DNA of 64,000 nt from NCBI GenBank assembly GCA_030390025.1, contig CM059432.1:61134001-61198000 (forward strand), written 5' to 3'. Source of the stretch: Squalus acanthias. Its lineage: Eukaryota. The translations under genes were made by a program, and so were the position numbers. Each line of letters begins with the position of its first letter. Positions within the stretch are counted from its first letter, which is position 1. This document shows positions 52,201 to 62,478 of this stretch, one piece after another. The notes below the pieces were generated by a model. The model had not been told where the DNA came from. It ran no database searches and saw only the letters and a program-made list of their open reading frames with translations.

Positions 52201-52773
52201 TTTAAGTTTAAAATACTAGTCTTGGACCCACTCTTCCCTCTCTCAAACTGAATGTAAAATTCAATCATATTATGATCGCTGCTACCTAGGGGCGCCTTCA
52301 CTATGAGGTCATTAATTAATCCTATATCGTTGCACAATACCAGGTCTAGTATAGCCTGCTCTCTGGTTGGCTCCAGAACGTGCTGTTGTAAGAAAATTTC
52401 CCGAAAACATTCCATGAACTCCTCATCTATGCTACCTTTGCCCATCTGATTTTTCCAGTCTATATGCAGATTAAAATCCCCCATGATTATTGCCATACCC
52501 TTCTGACAAGCTCCCATTATTTCTTCCTTTATACTCCATCCTACCATGTAGTTACTGTTAGGGGGCCTGTACACCACTCCCACAAGTGACTTCTTGCCTT
52601 TATTATTTCTCATTTCTACCCAAACCGCTTCTACACCCTGGTTTCCTGAACTTAGGTCATCCCTCTATATTGTGCTAATACCATCATTAATTAACAGTTG
52701 CGATCAGTTTCAAATGCGGAATAAAGGCGAATGCTGCCAGTTCGCCATCATCCCGACCGCAAATTCCGGGCCC
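49282..52773. mobile_element. Probable MITE split by a CR1 (pieces about 49282-50015 and 52698-52773)
   Basis: Inverted terminal match ATTTGCGGTC (49291) / GACCGCAAAT (52755); GC-rich ends with AT-rich middle; AGTT at both CR1 junctions; left end degenerate. Confidence 0.55.
50016..52697 (-). mobile_element. CR1 LINE (partial endonuclease plus RT) with (TTCGTATG)n tail
   Basis: ORFs 52613-52017, 51964-51131 and 51165-50128; small deletion/frameshift near 51135. Confidence 0.95.
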
Positions 52774-52790
52774 ATATGTTGATATCTGGT

Positions 52791-52825
52791 GTTCTGACGA
52801 AGGGTCACAGACCTGAAACGTTAAC
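52791..52825 (+). ncRNA. Minimal type-I hammerhead ribozyme motif
   Basis: GTT-CTGACGA-A-GGGTC-ACA-GACCT-GAAACGTT-AAC; stem II is kept with a different loop from the 13957 copy. Confidence 0.7.
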
Positions 52826-52924
52826 TCTGTTTCTCTCTCCACGGATGCTGCCTGGCCTGCTGAGTGTTTCCAGCATTTTCTGTTGTTATTTCAGATTTCC
52901 AGCATCTGCAGTATTTTGCTATTG
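52794..52924 (+). mobile_element. Penelope-like mini-element with perfect 17-bp TSD
   Basis: TGTTGATATCTGGTGTT at 52777-52793 and 52925-52941; body matches 13961-14092. Confidence 0.88.
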
Positions 52925-54027
52925 TGTTGATATCTGGTGTTGACTTTCACAGCCATTTTCATATGTAACTTAAATTATCCTTTGGAAAGTTCAGGAGGCT
53001 GAAGTCCAGGAGGGATCAATGACTTCCAATCATTTTGAAAACTGCAAAATATCAGGAACTGGATCATTAACTTTCCAGGCCCAATAAAATCTGCTATCTT
53101 GACAACTTCAGAAGTTCTCAGAATTCTCCCTCTTCCCAACTATAGACCAGAGGTAGAGGAAGAAATAATTAAGGTCACTAATGGATTCTAACGCCAAGGA
53201 GTTCAGTAGAGATAGGTTTTATCCGTCTATCTTGCTGGTTTTCTATACTGCTTCAGTTAAAGCTAAGAACATAGTATGCTGAAAGTTGCTTTATTGCAGA
53301 TGGCAACCAACTGAACACGTTTGAAGTTGTTCCTAGCAATGATGTTTACATTTTGGTGGGGTTCTTTTTAAAGCATTCCATCATTTGTTAAATTTGTTCT
53401 CTAAAAGTTGTTTTTTCTCATAAGAAATCACCAATAGCTTCACCAAAACATCCTCAGGAAAGCATGAGATGCATAAGCGTGTGTAATATTAACAAAAAAA
53501 CACACTACAGCCGAAGGTACTTTATACAATGGTAAAAGAGAAAGTCATATGGATAACACCCTAACATCATATTGTCTATGATCTTAAAATGTTTTAAATA
53601 AGTGGTAGGGCTATAGTTTTTGTCTTTCGTAATTCTTGCAACAACAAAAAATTAAACACGAGTAAAAAGTGGGATTGTTCACCTCTATATTTTTTCTAAA
53701 ATTAGCTAAGCTGGGAATTTCAACCCCCATGTTGTTTGTGTTTCTTCCTGATTGCTTCTGCATTATACAAAGGATGTTGGTATAAAAAAAGACAGACATA
53801 CAACACAGCATAGCTCATTATCCTCAAAGTGACAATAGGGTCAAAATACAATTACATGAACAACTAGCTACGTGTTTGTTGTAAAGGGATGACAATGGGA
53901 TGTCTAAGTCTAATATAATTTGATTTCTAATCATTGTTTTTGGTAATTTTCATCCAAAGTCCTACTCTGACTGTTCATTCTCCTCCCTTGATTTGATATC
54001 GCCTGCAGGTACAATTAGTGCTGCTCT

Positions 54028-54225
54028 TGTTTTGGCTGCTAGGCCGTGCTGAGGTGCTTCAGGTCCGTTTCCATCCTTTCCTGGATCTATTTTACCTCCC
54101 TGTCTTTGGCCTAGCTTCATAGTCAGGCACATTCCTGACATTCACTTGTAGTTTATTGGTCTGCTGGGTATCTGACATGCATGGATACCCATCACCATGT
54201 TCAACCTAGCTACTGAGACATCTAC
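54028..54225 (+). repeat. Local direct repeat, copy 1 (partner at 58336-58532)
   Basis: TTGTTTTGGCTGCTAGG…GGATACCCATCACCATGTT…GCTACTGA is shared with 58336-58532. Confidence 0.85.
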
Positions 54226-55869
54226 ACCAATGCAGTGTCCACACTCTCGCCCCTTAGTAACGTATCCCCTTACCTAAAGCCAGAGAACTTATGTTCAAAT
54301 GGGCAAAGGGAATCCCAAATGTACACAGGAATACTGCTGGAGTTTAAGCAGCTAAAACTGTAAAACTTACCAGTACAAAGTGCTGATCAACTTCCCATTG
54401 CTTGTACAACTAGTACCACCCTAATCATTTGGCCATTGCCTTGCAGGGTCATTTGGAGATGAATGGAAGCAATCTCAACAGTAATGACCGGTTTACCTCT
54501 CCATATTCCATTAGTGAGCCAGGCTGGCTGGTTCATCATCAGCAGTGCATGAAATACTGTGGGTGTGTTTCAGTTATTCGATTACCAAGTTTGAATGAGA
54601 AAGTTCACTTGGTTCTGAATTTCTATAGGCAGATAGAGGCACCTCCAGCCCATTTACCCTCTCCCAGGAGAACAGCCACTATTAGTTGGTAATCTAACAA
54701 GTGCAGCTTTGAGCTCTCACTGGTGGACAGCAGATGCTAAGAGTTCCTCACAAGTGAAATGGTAAGTATCAGAACTCACCATTAAAAGTGTGAGTACACT
54801 GCCACCATCCTCCTAACTGCAGCATGGGCATGCTACTTGTGGTTCTATCAGTTGGTAGTGCAGATCTTCAACAGCAGCTCCCTGTCTCTCTGCAACCCAA
54901 GCCCTGGACATATAATTGTGTGTTCTCAAACCCAGGCACCAGGTAATGCCTTGCAACAGCAGTCATCTCAAGCCTTGGAGCTTCCACATTAACCAAATGA
55001 AGGAAATCTGTCTTCAGCATGGTGGAAGGAACTACACAGGGACACTTGCTTCATACCAGCCACCTTGATGTTCTAAACATTCAAGTCCAGTGTTGTGCAC
55101 CATGCGTACACTGTTTAATGTCCTTATGTGAAAGGCTTTGATAAAGTCACCATGAGGCTGACTCCCCTCCAGAGTAATCAGTGATGTGTTGGTTTAGGCT
55201 GAAGCCCTTCCTCTTTGCAGCTGCTTTCACTTTGGTGTTGAATCTCGCACATGGGCCAGATGAAGCCCACAGTTCTGAACCATAAAGGAAAACTATTTAT
55301 GCCATAAGCTTAGCCTGCATTTGAACTTTTCTGGCATTGGTGGTACCTTGTAGGATTCGAGTGAAAATAGCCTAATTGACCTCAGCCCCCTATTTTTTGG
55401 TTGTAACCGATTATGGTCGGTTCCACTCTGATCACAGCCAACATTGCACAGGACCACTCTTCCACACATAAAGGCTTACGGATTTTCCAATACTGCAATG
55501 CTGTTTCTTTCATCAGAGTAATTGCCTGCATCAATAATAGTTATCCTGTTTGCAATTGATCTTCCCTTTGGTTATCTCTGAGTAGGCAGTTGAAGGACAG
55601 TGAGTACTTGCCAAACTCGCATTACGCTTAGCATACCTTCTTCTTCAAAACATTTCAATGTCAGACATCCTCATATACTATAATGTAACAGACATCCCTC
55701 TCATTTCCAGCATATGCTATCTAGCATGACTTCAGTCTTGTGTAACTTATCAGAAATTAAAAATACCTTGCATATTATTTTGAATTTTATATTTGATGAA
55801 CCAGTTTGGCACAAGTCCTTCCTCAACTATTGAGAGCAGGGATTCGTACTTTACAGGTCCTACTTATTG

Positions 55870-56290
55870 AGGAACAACAATATCAACAAGTTGCATTTCT
55901 ATGGCACTCACTGCTCACAAAGAAATACTGCATGACACTTTATAGTCAGTGGCTAGCAAGTGGACATCAATTGGGGGAGAAGATAGTCAAAAGAGTGGCA
56001 AAAGCACAGTCTAACAGAAGGATCTTAAGGAGGTTCTTGAAAGCAGGAAGGGACTTAGCAAGATGGAGTTGCTAAGGAAGGAGATTCCAGAGAGTAAGGG
56101 CACAGTTACTGAAGGAGTGGTCACCAATGGTGGACCAGAGGAAATAAGGAACGAGAAGTCGGCTGATACTGAAGGGCAGAGGGTGTGCACAGGGATATGC
56201 AGCTGGAGGAGAGTACCAAGATTGAAAGGGGCAATGCCAAGGAGGGATTTGAGGATGAGAATATTCAAGTCAATTCAATGGGAAATGGGA
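55870..56290 (-). mobile_element. Old L2 3' fragment
   Basis: CAACAAGTTGCATTTCTATGGCAC tail and a reverse LWNLLP motif (GGAAGGAGATTCCAGAG). Confidence 0.6.
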
Positions 56291-56324
56291 AAGCTGTTAT
56301 CTGAACACTAATGATTCATTATTA

Positions 56325-57952
56325 TTATCTCAATCATCAGCAAAGTGATGGAAGGTGTCATCGACAGTGCTATCAAGCGGCACTTACTCACCAATAACCT
56401 GCTCACTGATGCCCAGTTTGGGTTCTGCCAAGACCACTCAGCTCCCGACCTCATTACAGCCTTGGTCTAAACATGGACAAAGGAGCTGAATTCCAGAGGT
56501 GAGGTGAGAGTGACAGCCCTTGACATCAAGGCAGCATTTGACCGAGTGTGGCATCAAGGAGCCCTAGTAAAACTGAAGTCAATGGGAATCAGGGGGAAAA
56601 CGCTCCACTGGCTGGAGTCATACCTAGCACAAAAGAAGATGGTTGTGGTGGTTGAAGGTCAATCATCACAGCCCCAGGACATCGCTGCAGGAGTTCCTCA
56701 GGGCAGTGTCCTAGGCCCAACCATCTTCAGCTGCTTCATCAATGACCTTCCCTCCAACATAAGGTCAGAAATGGGGATGTTCGCTGAAGACTGCACAATG
56801 TTCAGCGCCATTCACAACTCCTCAGATAATGAAGCAGTCCATGCCCGCATGCAACAAGACCTAGACGGCGTTCAGGCTTGGGCTGTAGTAAAGGGCATTA
56901 AGGGTTACGGGGAGCGGGCAGGAATTTGGACATGAGTCTAGGTTCGGATCGGTCATGGCCCTGTGGGTAGTGGAGCGGGCCCAGGGACTGTGTAGCCTGA
57001 TTCTGCTCCTATTTCGTGTGTGCAATTCTGTTAGATGCAGGAGATGGTTCTGTGATAGATAGTAGATTGGCGGTTAGGATCAGATCAGCCATGATCTTAT
57101 TGAATGGCGGAGCAGGCTCGAGGGGCCGATTGGCCTACTCCTGCTCCTATTTCTTATGTTCTTATGTTCTTATAAGTGGCAGGTAACATTCGCACCACAG
57201 AAGTGCCAGGCAATGACTATCTCCAACAAGCGAGAGTCTAACCACCTCCCCATGATATTCAAAGGCATTACCATCGCCGAATCCCCCACCATCAACATCC
57301 TGGGGGTCACCATTGACCAGAAACTTAACTGGACCAGCCACATAAATACTGTGGCAACAAGAGCAGGTCAGAGGCTAGGTATTCTGCGGCAAGTGTCTCA
57401 CCTCCTGACTCCCCAAAGCCTTTCCATTATCTACAAGGCACAAGTAAGGAGTGTGATGGAATACTCTCCACTTGCCTGGATGAGTGCAGCTGCAACAACA
57501 CTCAAGAAGCTCGACACCATCCAGGACAAAGCAGCCCATTTGATTGGCACCCCATCTACCACCTTAAACATTCACTCCCTCCACCACCGGCGTACCGTGG
57601 CTGCAGTGTGTACCATCTACAAGATGCACTGCAGCAACTCGCCAAGGATTCTTTGGCAGCACCTCCCAAACCCGGGACCTCTTCCACCTAGAAGGACAAG
57701 GGCAGCAGGCGCATGGGAACACCACCACTGCCAAGTTCCCCTCCAAGTCACACACCATCCTGACTTAGAAGTATATCACCGATCCTTCATCATCGCTGGG
57801 TCAAAATCCTGGAACTCTCTACCTAACAGCACTGTGGGAGTACCTTCACCACACGGACTGCAGCAGTTCAAGAAGGCGGCTCACAACCACCTTCTCAAGG
57901 GCAATTAGGGATGGGCAATAAATGCTGGCTTTGCCAGCGACACCCAGATCCC
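56325..57952 (+). mobile_element. CR1/L2-group LINE (family B) RT region, interrupted at 56886-57171
   Basis: ALDIKAAFDRVWH, GVPQGSVLGP, MFAEDCT; ORF pieces 56504-56885 and 57172-57908. Confidence 0.92.
56886..57171 (+). mobile_element. CR1 3'-end insertion with doubled 3' UTR
   Basis: Splits host TGGGCTG|ATAAGTGG (WADKW); ends in (TTCTTATG)n. Confidence 0.8.
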
Positions 57953-58189
57953 AAAGCAGCCTGTAAAATGTTGTAGCGATTCTGTGTGAAGTGGTATGTG
58001 ACCACTTTACAGAATTCAGGCCACCATGCATTGGTGTGGCAATTCAACAGCCATCTGGAGTGGAGTCCCTGGTGATAGAAGTCCTATGCCCAGTTTTACC
58101 CTTGATTGCTCTGACTGGGGCTACTGAGACTTTAGCTTTAATGTACAGGAGTCTCTCATGACCTGATTCAACATGATGTGGGGATTGCA

Positions 58190-58670
58190 CTGAGAGAAAC
58201 TTAAAACAGGATTACATATGCTTCAATGTTGACTAGCAATCTGTTCCCATTAAAATATGGATATAAAAGCAATGGAAAAGGTGCATAGTAGATTCTCTAG
58301 GATGTTATCAGTGATATGGGGGTAGAGTTTCCACTTTGTTTTGGCTGCTAGGAGGTGCTGAGGTGCTTCAGGTTCATTTCTATTCTTTCCTGGATCTATT
58401 TTACCTCCCTGCTATTGGGCCAACTTCATAGTCAGGCACATTCCTGACATTCGTTTGTAGTTTATTGGTCTGCTGGGTATCTGACATGCATGGATACCCA
58501 TCACCATGTTTAACCCAGCTACTGAAAAATCTGAGAGAAACTTAAAACAGGGTTACTCATTCTTCAGTGTTGACGAGCAATCTGTTTTCCTGAAAATATG
58601 GATATAAAAGCTATGGAAAGGGTGCACAGTAGATTTGCTATAATGTAGGGGGTAGAGTTTCTGCTTTGGG
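58190..58670 (+). repeat. Mosaic duplication: 58190-58338 resembles 58532-58670, and 58336-58532 resembles 54028-54225
   Basis: GAGAGAAACTTAAAACAGG…GGATATAAAAGC…GGGGGTAGAGTTT occurs twice. Confidence 0.85.
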
Positions 58671-59272
58671 CATAATCGGCGATTCCAGCGCAAATTCCGC
58701 CCGTTTTGAAAAGTGTTTTTTCTCCCCAAGTTTCCACTCAAGCTCATTTGCATGTCACCGAACGCAAAATCTGCCATGAGCCAGCGCAGCAGGCAGCATA
58801 TTAAAACTTAATTAAAAAAAAACGTTGCTTTAAAAAATATTCCTTGATATTGTTAAGAGCGGTAACTTGGTAAAGCTTGAGTAATACAGCTGAAAATGGG
58901 TTTATCACAAAAAATAAGCATTTTAAATCAGTGTCAACCCACCACCTATGCGTAATCTGATTTTAATGACTGAAAATTACTTTTAAAAATATAAAAACTA
59001 TTTTCTAGTTATATTGGTGTACAGGAGTCAGTTCCTTAGTAACTTTTTAACAAAATTTCATTAAATTAATTCACCTTGGGGGCGTGGGCAATTTTGTGGA
59101 CGGGGCCTGCTTCTAGCTCATGTTTTTAAAACTAGCGCAAAAGATCGCAGAAACTAGAGTTCTGCTGAACGCAGTTTGCACTTAAAATTCCGCGATCTTT
59201 TGCACTGGTTATGCCGATATTGGGCAAATTGCGCCGAAAAAAACCAGTGCAATCGAGTGGAAACTCCAGGCC
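58648..59272. mobile_element. Probable Harbinger-type MITE
   Basis: Ends GGGGGTAGAGTTTC / GAAACTCCAGGCC; GC-rich ends with AT-rich core; sits within a decayed CR1 remnant. Confidence 0.55.
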
Positions 59273-59742
59273 CGGCTGTTACAGTTAGAGAAGAAACTGG
59301 AACAAATTTAAAATAATCACAACAATAATAATACGGGATGTACTTTTTTTTAAATACACAGAGGATAGTTACAATGTGGCATTCACTGTCATGAACCATT
59401 ATTGAAGCAGAGTGCATAAAGTCTTTCAGAAGTAAATTAGATAGGGCATGATTTTCCCTGCGGAGGCAGGATGGCGGTGGGAGAGCTGGTTGGCAGGTTC
59501 CGGTCCCGCTCCCGTCTGCAGCCGCTCTCTGAAAATGATTTTCTGTAGATTGGGCTAGTTAAGCCCGCCCTGCGGGGTTCCTGGCCAATTAACAGGAAGC
59601 GGGTCTGATGACGTCATTTGATGAAGCGTCATCAGCCCATTTCCTTAAAGGGACCACGGCCACATTGATTTTGACAGTTATGCCGTCAGTGCTCTACAGC
59701 ATTGAGGTGCTGCAAACACTGACAAGCACTGCACAAAGGTGC

Positions 59743-59965
59743 ATGTCTGCACCCAGGCTCACGCATGACTCCCTCCATATGCTTATAGAGGGAGTAACAG
59801 CACGCAGGGAGATTCTCTTCCCTTCCAATGGACGGAAGAGACCTCCGCGGGAGATCCATGCAGTCTGGTTGCACATTGCACAGGAGGACACAAGCAGGGA
59901 CGTTGTCAGGAGGACCAGGCTGCAGTGGTGCCAACCTTTCAATGATCTCAGTAGATCACAAAACG
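59743..59965 (+). pseudogene. Myb/SANT-like domain exon remnant of a Harbinger
   Basis: APRLTHDSLHMLIEGVTARREILFPSNGRK…VWLHIAQE…VRRTRLQWCQPFNDL aligns with exon 1 of the genes at 23568 and 33638. Confidence 0.8.
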
Positions 59966-60396
59966 TTACTGCAAAGCCACACTCAACCTCATCCTGCTGT
60001 GCCACTCATCACATCCCCATCGTTCTGCCTTCCCTACCCTACTCCTGCACATCCTTACTCTTACCAACTTACCTTGCACCTCCACCCATCCCTCTCTATC
60101 TACATTATCACTTCCCCATCTCACTAGCCACCCCTCACCCTCACCCTACTGCAAGCAAACCAACTAACAACACACAAGGGTAGGCACTTGAGAGGTTTAG
60201 CCAATGTTCATGCGAAGTTTCTGTTAATGTGTTGTCAAACATTGAAAGCTATATTTTCAACAATTCACCTTATTGGACAGATCTGTACGCACCTTGAGAA
60301 GTGTCTTAGTGAGTTCCAGTGAAAGTTGAGACATAACTCTCCCCCCCCGCCCCCCCGTTATTGTGATGAGTGTGAAAGGAATGGCTTGGACATTAT

Positions 60397-61060
60397 GGGC
60401 TGGATTTTGAATGACCCATGGAGTCGGGTTTGGAGGCGTGTGGGGGGTTAAATTTGCAGGGTCGGGGTTTCCGACCCCATCCCGCCTCCACGCAATTTTG
60501 ACATAATCAGTCGCGGGGTTCCCGACTCCGTCCCGCCTCCAAGAGGCGGGAGAGGCCATTAAAGCCCTTAACAAGCTCTAAATTGGCTCTGTAATGCCAT
60601 TTTGAAACGCTGTAGCTAGTTTAACCCTCTTCTGACGTGAAGCACGCCTGGTGTGAAACACTCCAGTGAAACCTGGCGGGAGCACAAGTGGATAGCTGAC
60701 TATCGGCTGCAGGTCCACTATTACAACGGAGATGTGATGAAGGTAGTAGTAGTATTAGGTGTGAACATGGCCTGTGATGCTGCTGTCTCTCTCTCTCTCT
60801 CTCTCTCTCCTGACATCAAAAGCCAGGCAGGTCCTCTCTCACCAACAGTCTCTAAGACTAGGCAGTCAGCAATGATGACATCATCAGAGACGACTTTCAG
60901 TCTGAAAACACTAATGAGTTCATGGGTTCCCACATGCTCCAACTCAATTGTCCAATTAAGTTAAAATTGCATCAGGCATCCACATTAATCTGGAGTCGGG
61001 GGGGAAACACGAAATGCAGATTACACGACCCCAACCCGACCCCAAGACAAAATCCAGCCC
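60397..61060. mobile_element. Harbinger-type MITE, family B (TSD TAT), nested in a Harbinger
   Basis: GGGCTGGATTTT / AAAATCCAGCCC; TAT at 60394-60396 and 61061-61063; reverse complement of 7062-7677 including the (GA)n tract. Confidence 0.9.
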
Positions 61061-61964
61061 TATAGGTATGTTTAATGGTGCTGGTGTGAGATGGTGTCAA
61101 CCTGGCGCATCATGTGGCAGCCAGGGTTTACAGCGTCAAGTGAAGAAAATCTGGCCATGGTGATGCCATCGCTGGCCTCCCGGGCAGCAATGTTGTCGGG
61201 TGCTGATGTGCTGTGTCCTGTGCAGCATCAGGTGATGGCGGAGAAGGTTGGTATAGTTGTTGGTGATGTTGCTGGTGATGTTGGTATGCCTGGTGATGTT
61301 GGTGTTGGGGCTGATTGTGGAAGGATTCAGAGGACCAAGGTGTGATTTTTTCAAGGGTACCGATGTTGCTGGAATAGATGGCAGCTGCAGTTGAGATGAC
61401 AGAAGCGATCTGTCAATGGTGAGAGAGGTTGTTCCAATGAGATGCTACTGGATATAGAGTTGGCTTTAAACACTTGCAAGCTGAAGAAATCTCTATGCAG
61501 TAACCAACAGTTTCTGAGCTCTGAAACTGAACAGCTGCAACATGGTATCCTTTATACCACTTCTGCAGCTGTCAGCTTATCAGATAAATCAAAGCAGACT
61601 CAACTCACGGCAGGGTGAGCTGGCGTGTTCCCCGAGCAGTGGGTAACCCGTGGGGGAGCTCGTAAAATTACAAAGTAGGCTCAAAATAGCATTAAAGTGG
61701 CTGTTAACAAGCCATTTAATGATCTAAATTGTCTCCCCCGCCGCTTGGTGTCGGGTCAGTTCTGCGCAGACAAATCCGACACCTGGGTGACTAGCGTGGA
61801 GGCGGGTTGACAGCGGGTTTCCTACCCGGTCGATCTTTGCTATTTTGACAGTGGACCCGCCTCCAAACCCGCACTCTGAGCGCCGGCAAAATTCAGCCCA
61901 TAGTTGCTGGCAAAAGAGCACTATTAAAGGGTATAGTGAATGAGCAGGAGACTGCGTTCAGACT

Positions 61965-62126
61965 AAGTTGGTCCTTGGAGACTCATCCTCATCATCTTCC
62001 TCTTCATTCCTCTGCTGCAGCATAATTCCTCTTACCTTTTCTCTTTAAGTTGCGCAAGATGCAATACATTGCTATGATTTGAGAGACCTTGGATGAGCTA
62101 TACCCGAAGATCTGTCTAAACATCTA
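61965..62126 (-). pseudogene. Harbinger transposase C-terminal relic
   Basis: Minus strand RCLDRS…KVSQIIAMYCILRNL followed by an acidic stretch. Confidence 0.6.
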
Positions 62127-62478
62127 GGGGGAAAAATTGGGTTGCTTTGCACCTCCCGTTCACGCCCCTGGGGGCACAAATGGGGTGCACAGCCCCTAGC
62201 ACCTGGTCCTGGCACCGCTAACGCCTCCCGCGAAATTTAACGCGAGGTTAGCGGCGGCAGTAGCTGCTAGCACCCCGCGGTGCTGCACCACCGATGATGA
62301 CATCATCGCCATGCACAGCGCCCTGATTGCGCCCTGGCCGCAAACTTGGGTTGGGCCCCCTGACCTATCGCCGGACGATATGTCCGGCAGGGTCAGGGTG
62401 GTGTTTTTGTAGCCGTGGCGGTGCAAGTTGAAGGGCAGGTGTCGGGCGGCCATTTTTTTTGGCTGACTGCCAGCACCT
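62127..62478 (-). mobile_element. Harbinger family A element end, cut by a CR1 insertion
   Basis: CTA|GGGGGAAAAATTGGGTTG…CCTCCCGTT matches the reverse complement of the right end of 14437-15213. Confidence 0.8.

Larger units (their letters stand above)
59444..61899 (+). mobile_element. Internally deleted Harbinger element (TSD ATA) retaining Myb exon 1
   Basis: TIR GGGCATGATTTT / AAAATTCAGCCC; ATA at 59441-59443 and 61900-61902; the flanking decayed CR1 (AAATTAG-ATA-GTTGCTGG) is contiguous. Confidence 0.8.

Noticed and set aside
54780..55760. Very old RT remnant on the minus strand (LYGSELW-like motif near 55265-55290)
   Set aside because: Only one short motif is recognisable, too weak to assign a family or boundaries.
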